A stretch of DNA of 64,000 nucleotides from an uncultured Alphaproteobacteria bacterium (GTDB lineage: Bacteria; Pseudomonadota; Alphaproteobacteria; Methylaequorales; Methylaequoraceae): positions 85,777 through 149,776 of the forward strand of contig CACBON010000001.1 of the NCBI GenBank assembly GCA_902540805.1. The letters run 5' to 3'. The stretch's first letter is position 1; the number at the start of each line of letters is the position of its first letter. Made by a program: the position numbers and the translations under genes. A model generated the notes under the pieces. It was not told the DNA's origin. It saw only the letters and a list, made by a program, of their open reading frames with translations, and did not search any database. Below, piece after piece: positions 45,501 through 52,369 of this stretch.

Positions 45501-45781
45501 TGTCCAGGTGTTAATGATCCAGATAAAGTATCAATTAAAGTGCCTTTGAGTAATAAACCGTTTTCAGTTTTGAGTGAAGGAAGTTCAAAGTTCGTAAAAA
45601 AATCTACTAATAATATTTCATCGCCAGCAGGTGAAGTTATTAGAAGGTCTGTTTGCGTTTTCGCAAAATTGGCCTTCGGTAACCAGCCTGGTAATCCATT
45701 AATGTCAATAGTGCTGCCAGCGTAGATCTTAGTTAAAGAACCACTGTCGTTCAGATTTATTTGTTGACTATTTCCTATCAT
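42506..45781 (-). CDS. FecR-domain / Pro-Gly elastomer-like repeat / RTX large secreted protein (T1SS-B cargo 2), tandem paralog of 39768..42434
   Basis: 1091 aa. The N-terminal ~310 aa are near-identical in long runs to the 888-aa protein. Spacer made of GPPIGPDGEPL, GPGGPGDF and GFGPG repeats. Short RTX block GGSGNDVFWGALGGDSLTGNAGQDTFYF. Shared C-terminal domain (SNSNxLPxVFNFT ... DNDN). Confidence 0.85.
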   Translation of the reverse strand: MIGNSQQINLNDSGSLTKIYAGSTIDINGLPGWLPKANFAKTQTDLLITSPAGDEILLVDFFTNFELPSLKTENGLLLKGTLIDTLSGSLTPGQYVQANNANALSIGEVSSVTGEAKATRLDGTTVNLATGDPVFQGDTVETTGSGAIGLVFLDKTTLSLSEGGKMVLDELVYDPATGTGSMAVDMVEGAFSFVSGEIAKTGPDAMKVSTPVATIGIRGTTVAGKAAVEGNENSFTLLQDADGGVGQISVSNAGGTQVLAQVGATTSITSFTAPPPPPIILSAAQIQANYGTALNVLPPTPVVAPTPQPPPPPQEQQQEQVQEEESQGEEEAVEEEAIDEELQEEGEGPPEGEEGEGLPEGEEGEDPLEAEGPPEGEEGPPIGPDGEPLAEEGPPEGDGPPIGPDGEPLPPGEGGPPIGPDGEPLPPGDFGPGGPPIGPDGEPLADGPPIGPDGEPLPPGDFGPDGPTPEQDAAAREAFETALAAGLSPEEAMAEAAAAAGIPPPPGGFGGDPLSATVGGDEFAGGPLGPGGPGDFGPGGPGDFGPGGPGDFGPGGPDDFGFGGPGDFGPGGPGDFGPGGPGDFGPGGPGDFGLGGPGDFGPGGPGDFGPGGPVGFGGPGDFGPGGPGDFGPGGPGGFDAPGDFGPGGPGDFGPGGPGDFSPDVGPGNFDPGSGGDQGSFGTFLPPGSFQPPGTVQQPGAYIPAQVGFAPIAPVTTAPVIGSGFSGNDGGGFHGGPGGPLGFDPGGGPGDFGPGGPGDFGPGGPGDFGPGGPGGFGPDGFGPGGTGGFGPDGFGPGGFGPGGFGPAGFGPGGFGPGGFGPSGFVPGGFGPAGFDPYGPDPFGGEPVEGFYYEDPSVFENVEEEEAAESGSGGGSSGTTFIGSSNVDNVDKSAESSAWRFEGYSGADIFKGGSGNDVFWGALGGDSLTGNAGQDTFYFGDLTEGNDTITDFTVGAGGDILQFSTSVQTSAYARDASVVNMVQLHGTTYNMGSNSNVLPSVFNFTSQFSSANTTTGVKNQLTSFKVTTDGSTAISSPTDFILVTGDTSTNGHVYGWSDGGNGVIDNGELFGLATLTGVDNDNIGATNFTFGPI
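43280..43560 (-). repeat. Coding tandem repeats, 15-bp period (GFGPG units) merging into 24-bp GPGGPGDF units
   Basis: Reiterated CCAGGACCAAA(R)CC units on the + strand. Protein: GFGPGGFGPGGFGPAGFGPGGFGPGGFGPSGF... Confidence 0.8.
43795..44205 (-). repeat. Coding tandem repeats, 24-bp period (GPGGPGDF octapeptide, about 15+ units)
   Basis: Reiterated CCAAAGTCTCCTGGACCACCAGGA-type units. Protein: GPGGPGDFGPGGPGDFGPGGPGDF... Confidence 0.85.
44395..44650 (-). repeat. Coding repeats encoding GPPIGPDGEPL (five copies with variable linkers)
   Basis: GGTTCTCCATCAGGTCCAATCGGTGG recurs. Protein: GPPIGPDGEPLAEE / ...LPPGE / ...LPPGDFGPG / ...LADG / ...LPPGDF. Confidence 0.8.
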
Positions 45782-45836
45782 ATCCAGTTTAACTATAGGC
45801 TAAATACTACTATTTTAAAAGTTAAAAAGGCCTAAT

Positions 45837-47153
45837 TTATTCAACAAATTCAATTGATTCAATTGAAAGTCCTCCCATTAAACTCAAGAGAGTGTAACTA
45901 TTTATGAGAACCTCAATCTTAGCTGCAATCGCATCTGCTTGAGCATTAATTAGAGCAGTTTCACCCCCTAAAACATCAAGTAGAGTACGGTTTCCTGCCT
46001 GTCTTTCTTGTCTTGCAAGCTCTAAAAATTCACCAGAGATTCTTGCCTGATTTGTAAGAAATTGAGCATTTTGTTGAGCTGTTTTTAATCCGTCCCATGT
46101 AGTTCTTAACATTTGTTTAATCATATCTTCTTGATCTCTTATTCTTGTAGATGTTGCTAGATAAGATTCAATCGCAGCATCTTTACCAGCGTATTCCGAT
46201 AAACTTAGATTTAATGGATATGCAAAATCTAACTTTGCAGAGGTTTCTCTTTTGAATCCTACTACACCACCAAAATCTTGTTTTTCTGAATGACTCACTA
46301 TCCCTTTTACAGTTGGAAAAAGAGAAGATTTAGCTGTGTTTATTGCCTCTTTACCAATATCCTCTGTAATTCTTGCTGCAATCAGTGAGGGATTATTTTT
46401 CATTGTTATTTCCTCTGCCTCTTCCAGCGATTTAGGTAATTTGTCAAAAACAGATTTAAGGAGTACCAAAGAATTTAAATTATCTGGAAATGAATTATAA
46501 ACATATTCAAATTCATGTTTGGAAGTGGCTAATACACCTTCAAACTGAATTAAACGTGCCTGAGCACCAGCTAATTGAGTTTTTGCTTGGAGAACATCCG
46601 AAGTCAGTCCACCTCCTGCAGTTACTGCTGCATCTTCGAGTTCAGTTTGTTTTTTTATGTTTGCAACAGATTGTCTTGCGAACCGAACACTTTCCCTTGA
46701 TTGAATAATTCTCAAATATGCTGAAATTGCTCTTAATAAAATGTCATTTTTAATTTGTGTTTCAGTTGCCCGTGTTTGTTTTAATGATAATCTTGAAGTT
46801 TCTACTGTTGATTTAGTCAAACCAAAATCTGTAATTGTTTGAGTAATTTTTGCTGTTGCGTCCCTTGCCATCAATTGCGTGTTGTTTCCCGGTCCATATT
46901 TTATAATATTTTCATGTCCGTAGTTAGCTGTAACGTCTAACGAAGGAAAATAACCGCCCCTGGATTGTTTTAGTCTTAACTTAGCAGCCTCTATATCACT
47001 CTTAGTTGCTAATATTGTCTTATGATTGTTCAAAACTGACTTAAGTGCGGCTTTTAGATTATAGGGTATAACCTCAGCATTTTGGTCTTGCGCGACTAAC
47101 AATGATCCTGAACCGATCGCCAAAATAAAACATGCTATTAAAAATTTTCCCAT
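45837..47153 (-). CDS. tolC: TolC-family outer-membrane protein (T1SS locus B)
   Basis: About 438 aa from the ATG at 47153 (MGKFLIACFILAIGSGSLLVA signal peptide); the track start 47171 is a TTG. TolC two-repeat architecture, paralogous to 24627..25952. Confidence 0.85.
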   Translation of the reverse strand: MGKFLIACFILAIGSGSLLVAQDQNAEVIPYNLKAALKSVLNNHKTILATKSDIEAAKLRLKQSRGGYFPSLDVTANYGHENIIKYGPGNNTQLMARDATAKITQTITDFGLTKSTVETSRLSLKQTRATETQIKNDILLRAISAYLRIIQSRESVRFARQSVANIKKQTELEDAAVTAGGGLTSDVLQAKTQLAGAQARLIQFEGVLATSKHEFEYVYNSFPDNLNSLVLLKSVFDKLPKSLEEAEEITMKNNPSLIAARITEDIGKEAINTAKSSLFPTVKGIVSHSEKQDFGGVVGFKRETSAKLDFAYPLNLSLSEYAGKDAAIESYLATSTRIRDQEDMIKQMLRTTWDGLKTAQQNAQFLTNQARISGEFLELARQERQAGNRTLLDVLGGETALINAQADAIAAKIEVLINSYTLLSLMGGLSIESIEFVE

Positions 47154-47222
47154 ACTACAATTTATCCACAACTTATTGACTGTGAATAACTTAAAACGAC
47201 AATTTCTTACATTAGTTTATTT

Positions 47223-47945
47223 TTAACATGATTTTTTTGAATAATCTAGATATAAACTTTTTCCCTCTAAAAGTTTTAGGAAATTTGAAAAAAGTAGTTC
47301 TGAGTTATCATTATACCTTATTTCCTGTTTCAGCCTTCCAGCGAGTTGCAATCCAACTTGAGGACCAAACATTAAAGATGATAAGATATCAGCGTCTAAA
47401 ATTATTTTTTCAAGATCATCTTTTACATTTTCAGGTTTTACTGGGAAAAAGGTACTCTCAAATATTCTCTTGATCCTCTTCAATTCTTTAAAATTAAAGA
47501 CTTTCTTGAATAAAATTTTTTCTAATCCGTCATAACTTTTTAATTCTTGATAGTAGGGCTTGCTCATGAGTATCCTCCTACCCTGATGATTCATATCATG
47601 AGTGAGGGCTATTATGACTAATAAAAGCCTATCTTTATATTTTAAATTTATCTGTTTTCCTAATATGCATGAAATTACCAAAACTGACTTAAAGTGATGG
47701 GAATCATGGTATGTATTGAAACAGGTATTTCTTAAACATAATTTTGATAATTTTCTAATAATAGATTTATAGTCTTTTAACTTAAAAACTTTTAGCTCTT
47801 TTAAACATATAATTGCTATCGAGTATAAATCTGGTTGTTTATGATTTGACAAAACATATTTTTTTAAAATACATTTTGTTCTAGGCCAATTCTTAACTAT
47901 GTAATTTAAACTTGGTAAACCTTTATCTAACGGAAGATTCCTCAT
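47223..47945 (-). CDS. HD-superfamily phosphohydrolase with class-I cyclic-nucleotide-phosphodiesterase-like motifs
   Basis: About 240 aa from the ATG at 47945, which forms an ATGA overlap with the cyclase stop. NTYHDSHHFKSV then, ~35 aa later, ALTHDMNHQG (compare PDE YHNxxHAxDV ... HDxxHxG), and a later DADILSS. Confidence 0.5.
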   Translation of the reverse strand: MRNLPLDKGLPSLNYIVKNWPRTKCILKKYVLSNHKQPDLYSIAIICLKELKVFKLKDYKSIIRKLSKLCLRNTCFNTYHDSHHFKSVLVISCILGKQINLKYKDRLLLVIIALTHDMNHQGRRILMSKPYYQELKSYDGLEKILFKKVFNFKELKRIKRIFESTFFPVKPENVKDDLEKIILDADILSSLMFGPQVGLQLAGRLKQEIRYNDNSELLFSNFLKLLEGKSLYLDYSKKSC

Positions 47946-50248
47946 TTGCTTTTCATTACCCAAACACCATTCCAATCGGTTGGTTTTTCCTCAATTAACA
48001 AATTGCACCTCTCAATGTATGTTTTTGATAAGTTATCTTGAGGATTTGATTTTAGACATTCTTTAAAAGATGAGATAGCTTGTTCAAAACCTCCACTTTT
48101 ATAATGTTTTCTACCTTCATTAAAATGATTAACAACATCCATTAAATTTGGAAAAGTTTTATCATTGTGATAATCTAAAACTTCGTGAACACCAATCGGT
48201 TCGTTTTTTCCTTTAACAACTACATCATCTATATATCTTATGCGATAAGTACCTTTAAGTTTTTTAAATGTATAGTCACTAATTAATATTCTTGCACTGT
48301 ATTGTTTGCATGCACTCTCTAAACGTGCAGCTAAGTTCACACCGTCACCAATCATCGTATAATCCATTCTTTTTTGTGATCCGATATTTCCTGCCACAAT
48401 TTTGTCGGTATTTAATCCTAATCCCATATCAACAGCTGGTTTTCCATCTTTTTCTCTGTGCTCGTTCCACTCCCATAATCTTTTGATCATATTGATACCA
48501 GCTTTAACGCCCCTATCTTCATCATCTTCATGTGATATTGGAAGACCGAATGCAGCCATTATTGCATCCCCAATAAATTTATCTAACATCCCGCCCTGTT
48601 CAGATATACATTCAACCATTATTTCAAAATACTCATTCAATAATTTGACAGTACCTTGAGCACCTAAAGACTCTGTAATTGTTGTAAAGCTTCTCAGATC
48701 AGAAAACAATAAAGTTGCAGTTGTTTCTAGCCCTCCCATTATTTCAGATCCATCCTCTAATAATTGATCTGCTATTCCAGGATCCATATATCTAGACATT
48801 GTTGATTTCATTCTTTTTTCTGAAGAAATATCTTCAAACATTAATAGTGTACCCAGAAAATTATCTGATTGGTCTGTTCTACCGTCACTATCCTCATTTA
48901 TAAGTGGAAGTATTGTCAAGTTTACTGATATTTTTTCTTCTTTTTCTGTTTCATAATCGAAAACCTCTATTTCTGCGTCAACAATAATTTCAGGTTCTTT
49001 TGATTCACCAACACACTTGATTTTCTCGTATATCCATTTTTTATTTCCTGAAAAAAAATCTTTAGATTGTTTTTTTATTATTTCTAAATCTTTAGTTCGC
49101 AATATTTTTAAGCCAGATTTGTTACAAGTAACAATTTCTTCTTCACTGTTAATTGTAATAACTCCGTTAGACATACTAGAAAGCATACTTTCGTTATACT
49201 TTCTAGATTTAGATACATCTTCGAAAAGTTTGGCATTTTCAAGCGCAATTGCAACTTGTTGAGTAAATGCCTTTAATCTAGATTCATCTTCATCTGTAAA
49301 TTTTCCACCAATCTTATTTAAAACTTGTGTACAACCGATAACCTTTCCTTCTTTATTTACAACAGGTACACATAAAATCGAACGAGTAAAATATCCTGTT
49401 TGTTTATCGAATGAAGGGTTGAATCGTAAATCAGCGTAAGCGTAAGGAATATTCATTGATTTGCCAGAGGAAAAGACAGACCCTGCTATTCCTGCTGTGT
49501 TTGGAAGTCTTATCTCTCCAATGCCTTCACCCATAGCTACCCGTGAAAATAATTCATTTGTTTTTTCGTCATTTAAAAACAAAGTAGCTCTGTCAGCATT
49601 AAGCATTCGTGTTGCCTCTTCCATTACTCTTTGCAGTAAGGCTCCTAGATCAATTTCAGCTGTCACATCAGAAACTATACTTATAAACTCCATTTCTTTG
49701 GCTCTTTTTTTTTCAAAATATTCTGTATTTTGTGCATTTTGTATTGATACAGCAGCTTGGGTGGCAATTGCCTCTGTAAAGACAAGATTATCTTTTGAAA
49801 ATCTACCTTTTTTTTTATTTAAAACTTGAATAACCCCTATTGTTTGTCCGTCGACGGTTTTAACTGGACAGCAAATCATATTTTTTGTCTTATAACCAGT
49901 TTCCTGATCAACTTCTTTATTAAAACGAGAATCGGCATAAACGTCATGAATCACCTCTCCAGATTGGTTTTGAAAAATTGCGCCAGCTATTCCAACATTG
50001 TTTAAAATTCTAATTTCGCGAGTCAAATCACCTTGGGCAACTCTTGAATAAAGTTCATTAGTTTCGTTATCATTTAAAAATAATGTTCCTCTATCTGCAT
50101 CTAACTCATTAGTAACGAATTCTATAAGTGTCCATAAAATCTCCTCCAAAGATTTAAGTCCAGCAATTTTTCGTGAAATCTGAAGTAAAAGTTCAGTTCT
50201 TCTTAGTTTCTCCAAGGTTTGGACTATGTTTTCATTAGCATTTTTCAT
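47942..50248 (-). CDS. CyaB1-like adenylate cyclase: GAF-GAF-PAS-class III cyclase with a C-terminal TPR-like tail
   Basis: 768 aa. Two PDE/CyaB-type GAFs (ADSRFNKEVDQETGYKTKNMICCPV; ADLRFNPSFDKQTGYFTRSILCVPV), a PAS-like region (NGVITINSEEEIVTCNKSG), and a cyclase domain LFSDLRSFTTITE...DKFIGDAIMAAFGLP...RMDYTMIGDGVNLAARLES. Confidence 0.9.
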   Translation of the reverse strand: MKNANENIVQTLEKLRRTELLLQISRKIAGLKSLEEILWTLIEFVTNELDADRGTLFLNDNETNELYSRVAQGDLTREIRILNNVGIAGAIFQNQSGEVIHDVYADSRFNKEVDQETGYKTKNMICCPVKTVDGQTIGVIQVLNKKKGRFSKDNLVFTEAIATQAAVSIQNAQNTEYFEKKRAKEMEFISIVSDVTAEIDLGALLQRVMEEATRMLNADRATLFLNDEKTNELFSRVAMGEGIGEIRLPNTAGIAGSVFSSGKSMNIPYAYADLRFNPSFDKQTGYFTRSILCVPVVNKEGKVIGCTQVLNKIGGKFTDEDESRLKAFTQQVAIALENAKLFEDVSKSRKYNESMLSSMSNGVITINSEEEIVTCNKSGLKILRTKDLEIIKKQSKDFFSGNKKWIYEKIKCVGESKEPEIIVDAEIEVFDYETEKEEKISVNLTILPLINEDSDGRTDQSDNFLGTLLMFEDISSEKRMKSTMSRYMDPGIADQLLEDGSEIMGGLETTATLLFSDLRSFTTITESLGAQGTVKLLNEYFEIMVECISEQGGMLDKFIGDAIMAAFGLPISHEDDEDRGVKAGINMIKRLWEWNEHREKDGKPAVDMGLGLNTDKIVAGNIGSQKRMDYTMIGDGVNLAARLESACKQYSARILISDYTFKKLKGTYRIRYIDDVVVKGKNEPIGVHEVLDYHNDKTFPNLMDVVNHFNEGRKHYKSGGFEQAISSFKECLKSNPQDNLSKTYIERCNLLIEEKPTDWNGVWVMKSK

Positions 50249-50262
50249 ATTTTAACTTATTG

Positions 50263-50880
50263 TTATTTTTGGATTTTTTTTTCATAATTTTTTATTACTT
50301 TTTCTAATTCGTCTCTAAGTGACTGCGTTGAATTTTTAAGCTGTTTAATTTCATCACTGGAGTTTAAAACCGCTTTTTGAATTGCTTGTTTTTTTGAAAA
50401 CTTTGATTCAACTAATTCGTCTCTTAAAGCAGATGTTGCATCTTTTAATTCGTTAATTTCGAGTGAAGATTTTTTTATCGCATTTTGTATAGCTTCTTGT
50501 TTTTCGAACCTTAAATTTTCAAGCTCTTCTCTTAATGCGGAGCAAGACAACTTTAGTTGTTTTATTTCATTAGCTGAAGCCTGAATTTGAATTTGAATTG
50601 CTTTTCTTTTTTCAAATCTTAGCTTTTCCATTTGATTTCTAAGTTCTTTTACAGAAGATTTTAACTGGTTTATTTCATCATTTTTTAATGAAATAGCTTT
50701 TTGTACTGCAGTATTTTTTTCAAAAATAGATTGATCTAATTTTTCTCTAAGTGAATTAATTGTAGAAAACAAATCTTCTGTTTCTTGATTATTCTCAGAC
50801 TTAATTTTTTGAATAAGTTCATTTAACTCAAAGCTAAAGCTAGGATTTTCTAATTTATATTTTTCAATAAATTTTCCCAA
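50263..50880 (-). CDS. Coiled-coil protein made of four tandem 36-aa repeats
   Basis: 205 aa. Repeat unit A[IV]Q.A......EI[KN][QE]LK.S...LR[DEN][EQ][LM]E..[RK]F[ES]K... Sits 14 nt upstream of the cyclase gene. Confidence 0.6.
   Translation of the reverse strand: MGKFIEKYKLENPSFSFELNELIQKIKSENNQETEDLFSTINSLREKLDQSIFEKNTAVQKAISLKNDEINQLKSSVKELRNQMEKLRFEKRKAIQIQIQASANEIKQLKLSCSALREELENLRFEKQEAIQNAIKKSSLEINELKDATSALRDELVESKFSKKQAIQKAVLNSSDEIKQLKNSTQSLRDELEKVIKNYEKKIQK
50278..50709 (-). repeat. Four tandem 108-bp (36-codon) coding repeats
   Basis: Protein residues ~58-201: AVQKAISLKNDEINQLKSSVKELRNQMEKLRFEKRK / AIQIQIQASANEIKQLKLSCSALREELENLRFEKQE / AIQNAIKKSSLEINELKDATSALRDELVESKFSKKQ / AIQKAVLNSSDEIKQLKNSTQSLRDELEKV... 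Confidence 0.75.
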
Positions 50881-50900
50881 AACAATTTCCCCATTTTATT

Positions 50901-51383
50901 CTATTTTTCTTTTAAATTTAAACAATGAAAATATCTAATATTTTTAATTTCACCCGATTTTTTTGTTATCCAAGAAACAATTTGACCTTTCTTAATTTTT
51001 AATTTTTTTGCACAACCTTTCGGTATTTCTAATACAGCAGAAATTTTAATTTCAGATGAAATTATTTTTTTTTTCATTGGAACACCCTTTTTTATAGAGC
51101 TTATAATGTTTCTATCGTCAATAAATATTATATCTAATGGTATGAAAGTATTGTGCATCCAGAACTTGACTATTTGCGGTGCATCGTAAATAAAAAGCAT
51201 CCCATTATGAGTGTCTAACTGTTTTATATTCATAAGACCTTTTTGCTTTGTATTATCGTCAACAGCTATTTTTACTAACAAATTAGAAAAATTTTTTGAA
51301 TGAATGAGTGCGAACTCGTTTGATCGCAACTCTGTAAATCCAAAAATAACAAAAAAGAGAATTTTATAACTTAAAATTCTCAC
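50901..51383 (-). CDS. DUF192-family secreted protein
   Basis: 160 aa with a signal peptide. MLFIYD...FWMHNTFIPLDIIFID matches the DUF192 core. Confidence 0.75.
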   Translation of the reverse strand: MRILSYKILFFVIFGFTELRSNEFALIHSKNFSNLLVKIAVDDNTKQKGLMNIKQLDTHNGMLFIYDAPQIVKFWMHNTFIPLDIIFIDDRNIISSIKKGVPMKKKIISSEIKISAVLEIPKGCAKKLKIKKGQIVSWITKKSGEIKNIRYFHCLNLKEK

Positions 51384-51618
51384 CTTTTTTTATTCTTTCT
51401 AGAGTCATCTGTGCGCCCAAACTCAAATTTTGTTCCTTATCATTTTCATTATTAAATTTTTCGTTATTTATTGTTAATGATAAGTCATATTTCTCAGACA
51501 AGTTTCTAAATATTTTTACATTATAAGCACTCAAAGCTTTTGAATCAGATTTTTCTTTATCAGAAATTTTTTTCTCTTTTTTTAATCTTTGAATAGATTT
51601 TGAAAGTCTATTTTTCAT
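51364..51618 (-). CDS. Small Lys-rich hypothetical protein
   Basis: 84 aa. Overlaps the DUF192 start by 20 nt. Confidence 0.35.
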   Translation of the reverse strand: MKNRLSKSIQRLKKEKKISDKEKSDSKALSAYNVKIFRNLSEKYDLSLTINNEKFNNENDKEQNLSLGAQMTLERIKKGENFKL

Positions 51619-51797
51619 TTTATAATGTTTACTAAATATAATACTATATTATTATCAAATTATGAAAAATACAGAAGAAAAATTGATAGCAATAAAAAAT
51701 GAAATGGAAAATGTTAGAGAACTTTATATAAAAGGATTTATTAATAAAGAAGTTTATCAAAAAGAAACAAGATTTTTATTCGAAATGGCAACTGAGT

Positions 51798-52025
51798 ATG
51801 GTGCATGACGACGAAGTAAGTAATTTGAAAGAGTCTATTAAAAATTTAAACAATTTATCATCAATTGAAAAAAAAAATTTAATTGAATCAATTGAAATGT
51901 TGTGGCTAAACGCCAGCGTAAAAAAAAAAAAAAAGGATATTAATATCAAAACTCAAGATAATGAAAATATTGTGAGAATCAGACAACTATTGGCGGCTGC
52001 TTGGTCAGAAGATTTAAAAGAATAA
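51798..52025 (+). CDS. Doubtful small ORF (contains an A15 homopolymer)
   Basis: 75 aa. A possible 48-aa ORF (51662..51808) overlaps its start. Low complexity. Confidence 0.2.
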   Translation: MVHDDEVSNLKESIKNLNNLSSIEKKNLIESIEMLWLNASVKKKKKDINIKTQDNENIVRIRQLLAAAWSEDLKE

Positions 52026-52048
52026 ATTCTCTGATTACCGCACAGAAT

Positions 52049-52369
52049 TTATTTATCTCTTTTAATTATATGAAAACCAAACTCAGTTTCAATTGGTTCA
52101 CAAATCTCACCAACTTTCAGAGAAAAGGCACTTTCTTCAAAAGGCTTAACCATCATTCCTTTACCAAACTCTCCTAAACTTCCTCCATATGCAGATGATG
52201 AGCATTCAGAGTGCTTACTAGCAAGATCTTTGAAAGAGGATTTGTTATTAGTCAGGTCATTGTGTATTTCATTGATAAGTTTCATAGCTTCATCTTTAGA
52301 TAAACTTGATCTAGAATCTTTGGAGTCTTTATGCATTATCAAAATGTGTGAGGCTGAAATTTTATCCAT
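52049..52369 (-). CDS. ppiC: Parvulin-type peptidyl-prolyl cis-trans isomerase (PpiC family)
   Basis: 106 aa. ASHILI...GGSLGEFGKGMMVKPFE...TEFGFHIIK. Confidence 0.9.
   Translation of the reverse strand: MDKISASHILIMHKDSKDSRSSLSKDEAMKLINEIHNDLTNNKSSFKDLASKHSECSSSAYGGSLGEFGKGMMVKPFEESAFSLKVGEICEPIETEFGFHIIKRDK

Noticed and set aside
40242-45725. Many alternative-frame and antisense ORFs inside the two RTX/PG-rich genes (for example 40885..41413, 43141..43557, 43219..43641, 43999..44463, 44407..44772).
   Set aside because: The cause is the same: low stop-codon density in Pro/Gly/Glu-coding repeats. All are nested in much longer ORFs with recognisable FecR/RTX domains.
26066-45781. Sharp local GC-rich patches in an AT-rich genome, which could suggest horizontally acquired DNA.
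   Set aside because: The enrichment tracks amino-acid composition (Pro CCN, Gly GGN, Ala GCN, Asp GAY). It stops at the borders of the low-complexity segments within single genes. Flanking domains of the same genes, and the transporter genes, have the normal AT-rich composition. Third codon positions are still largely A/T.
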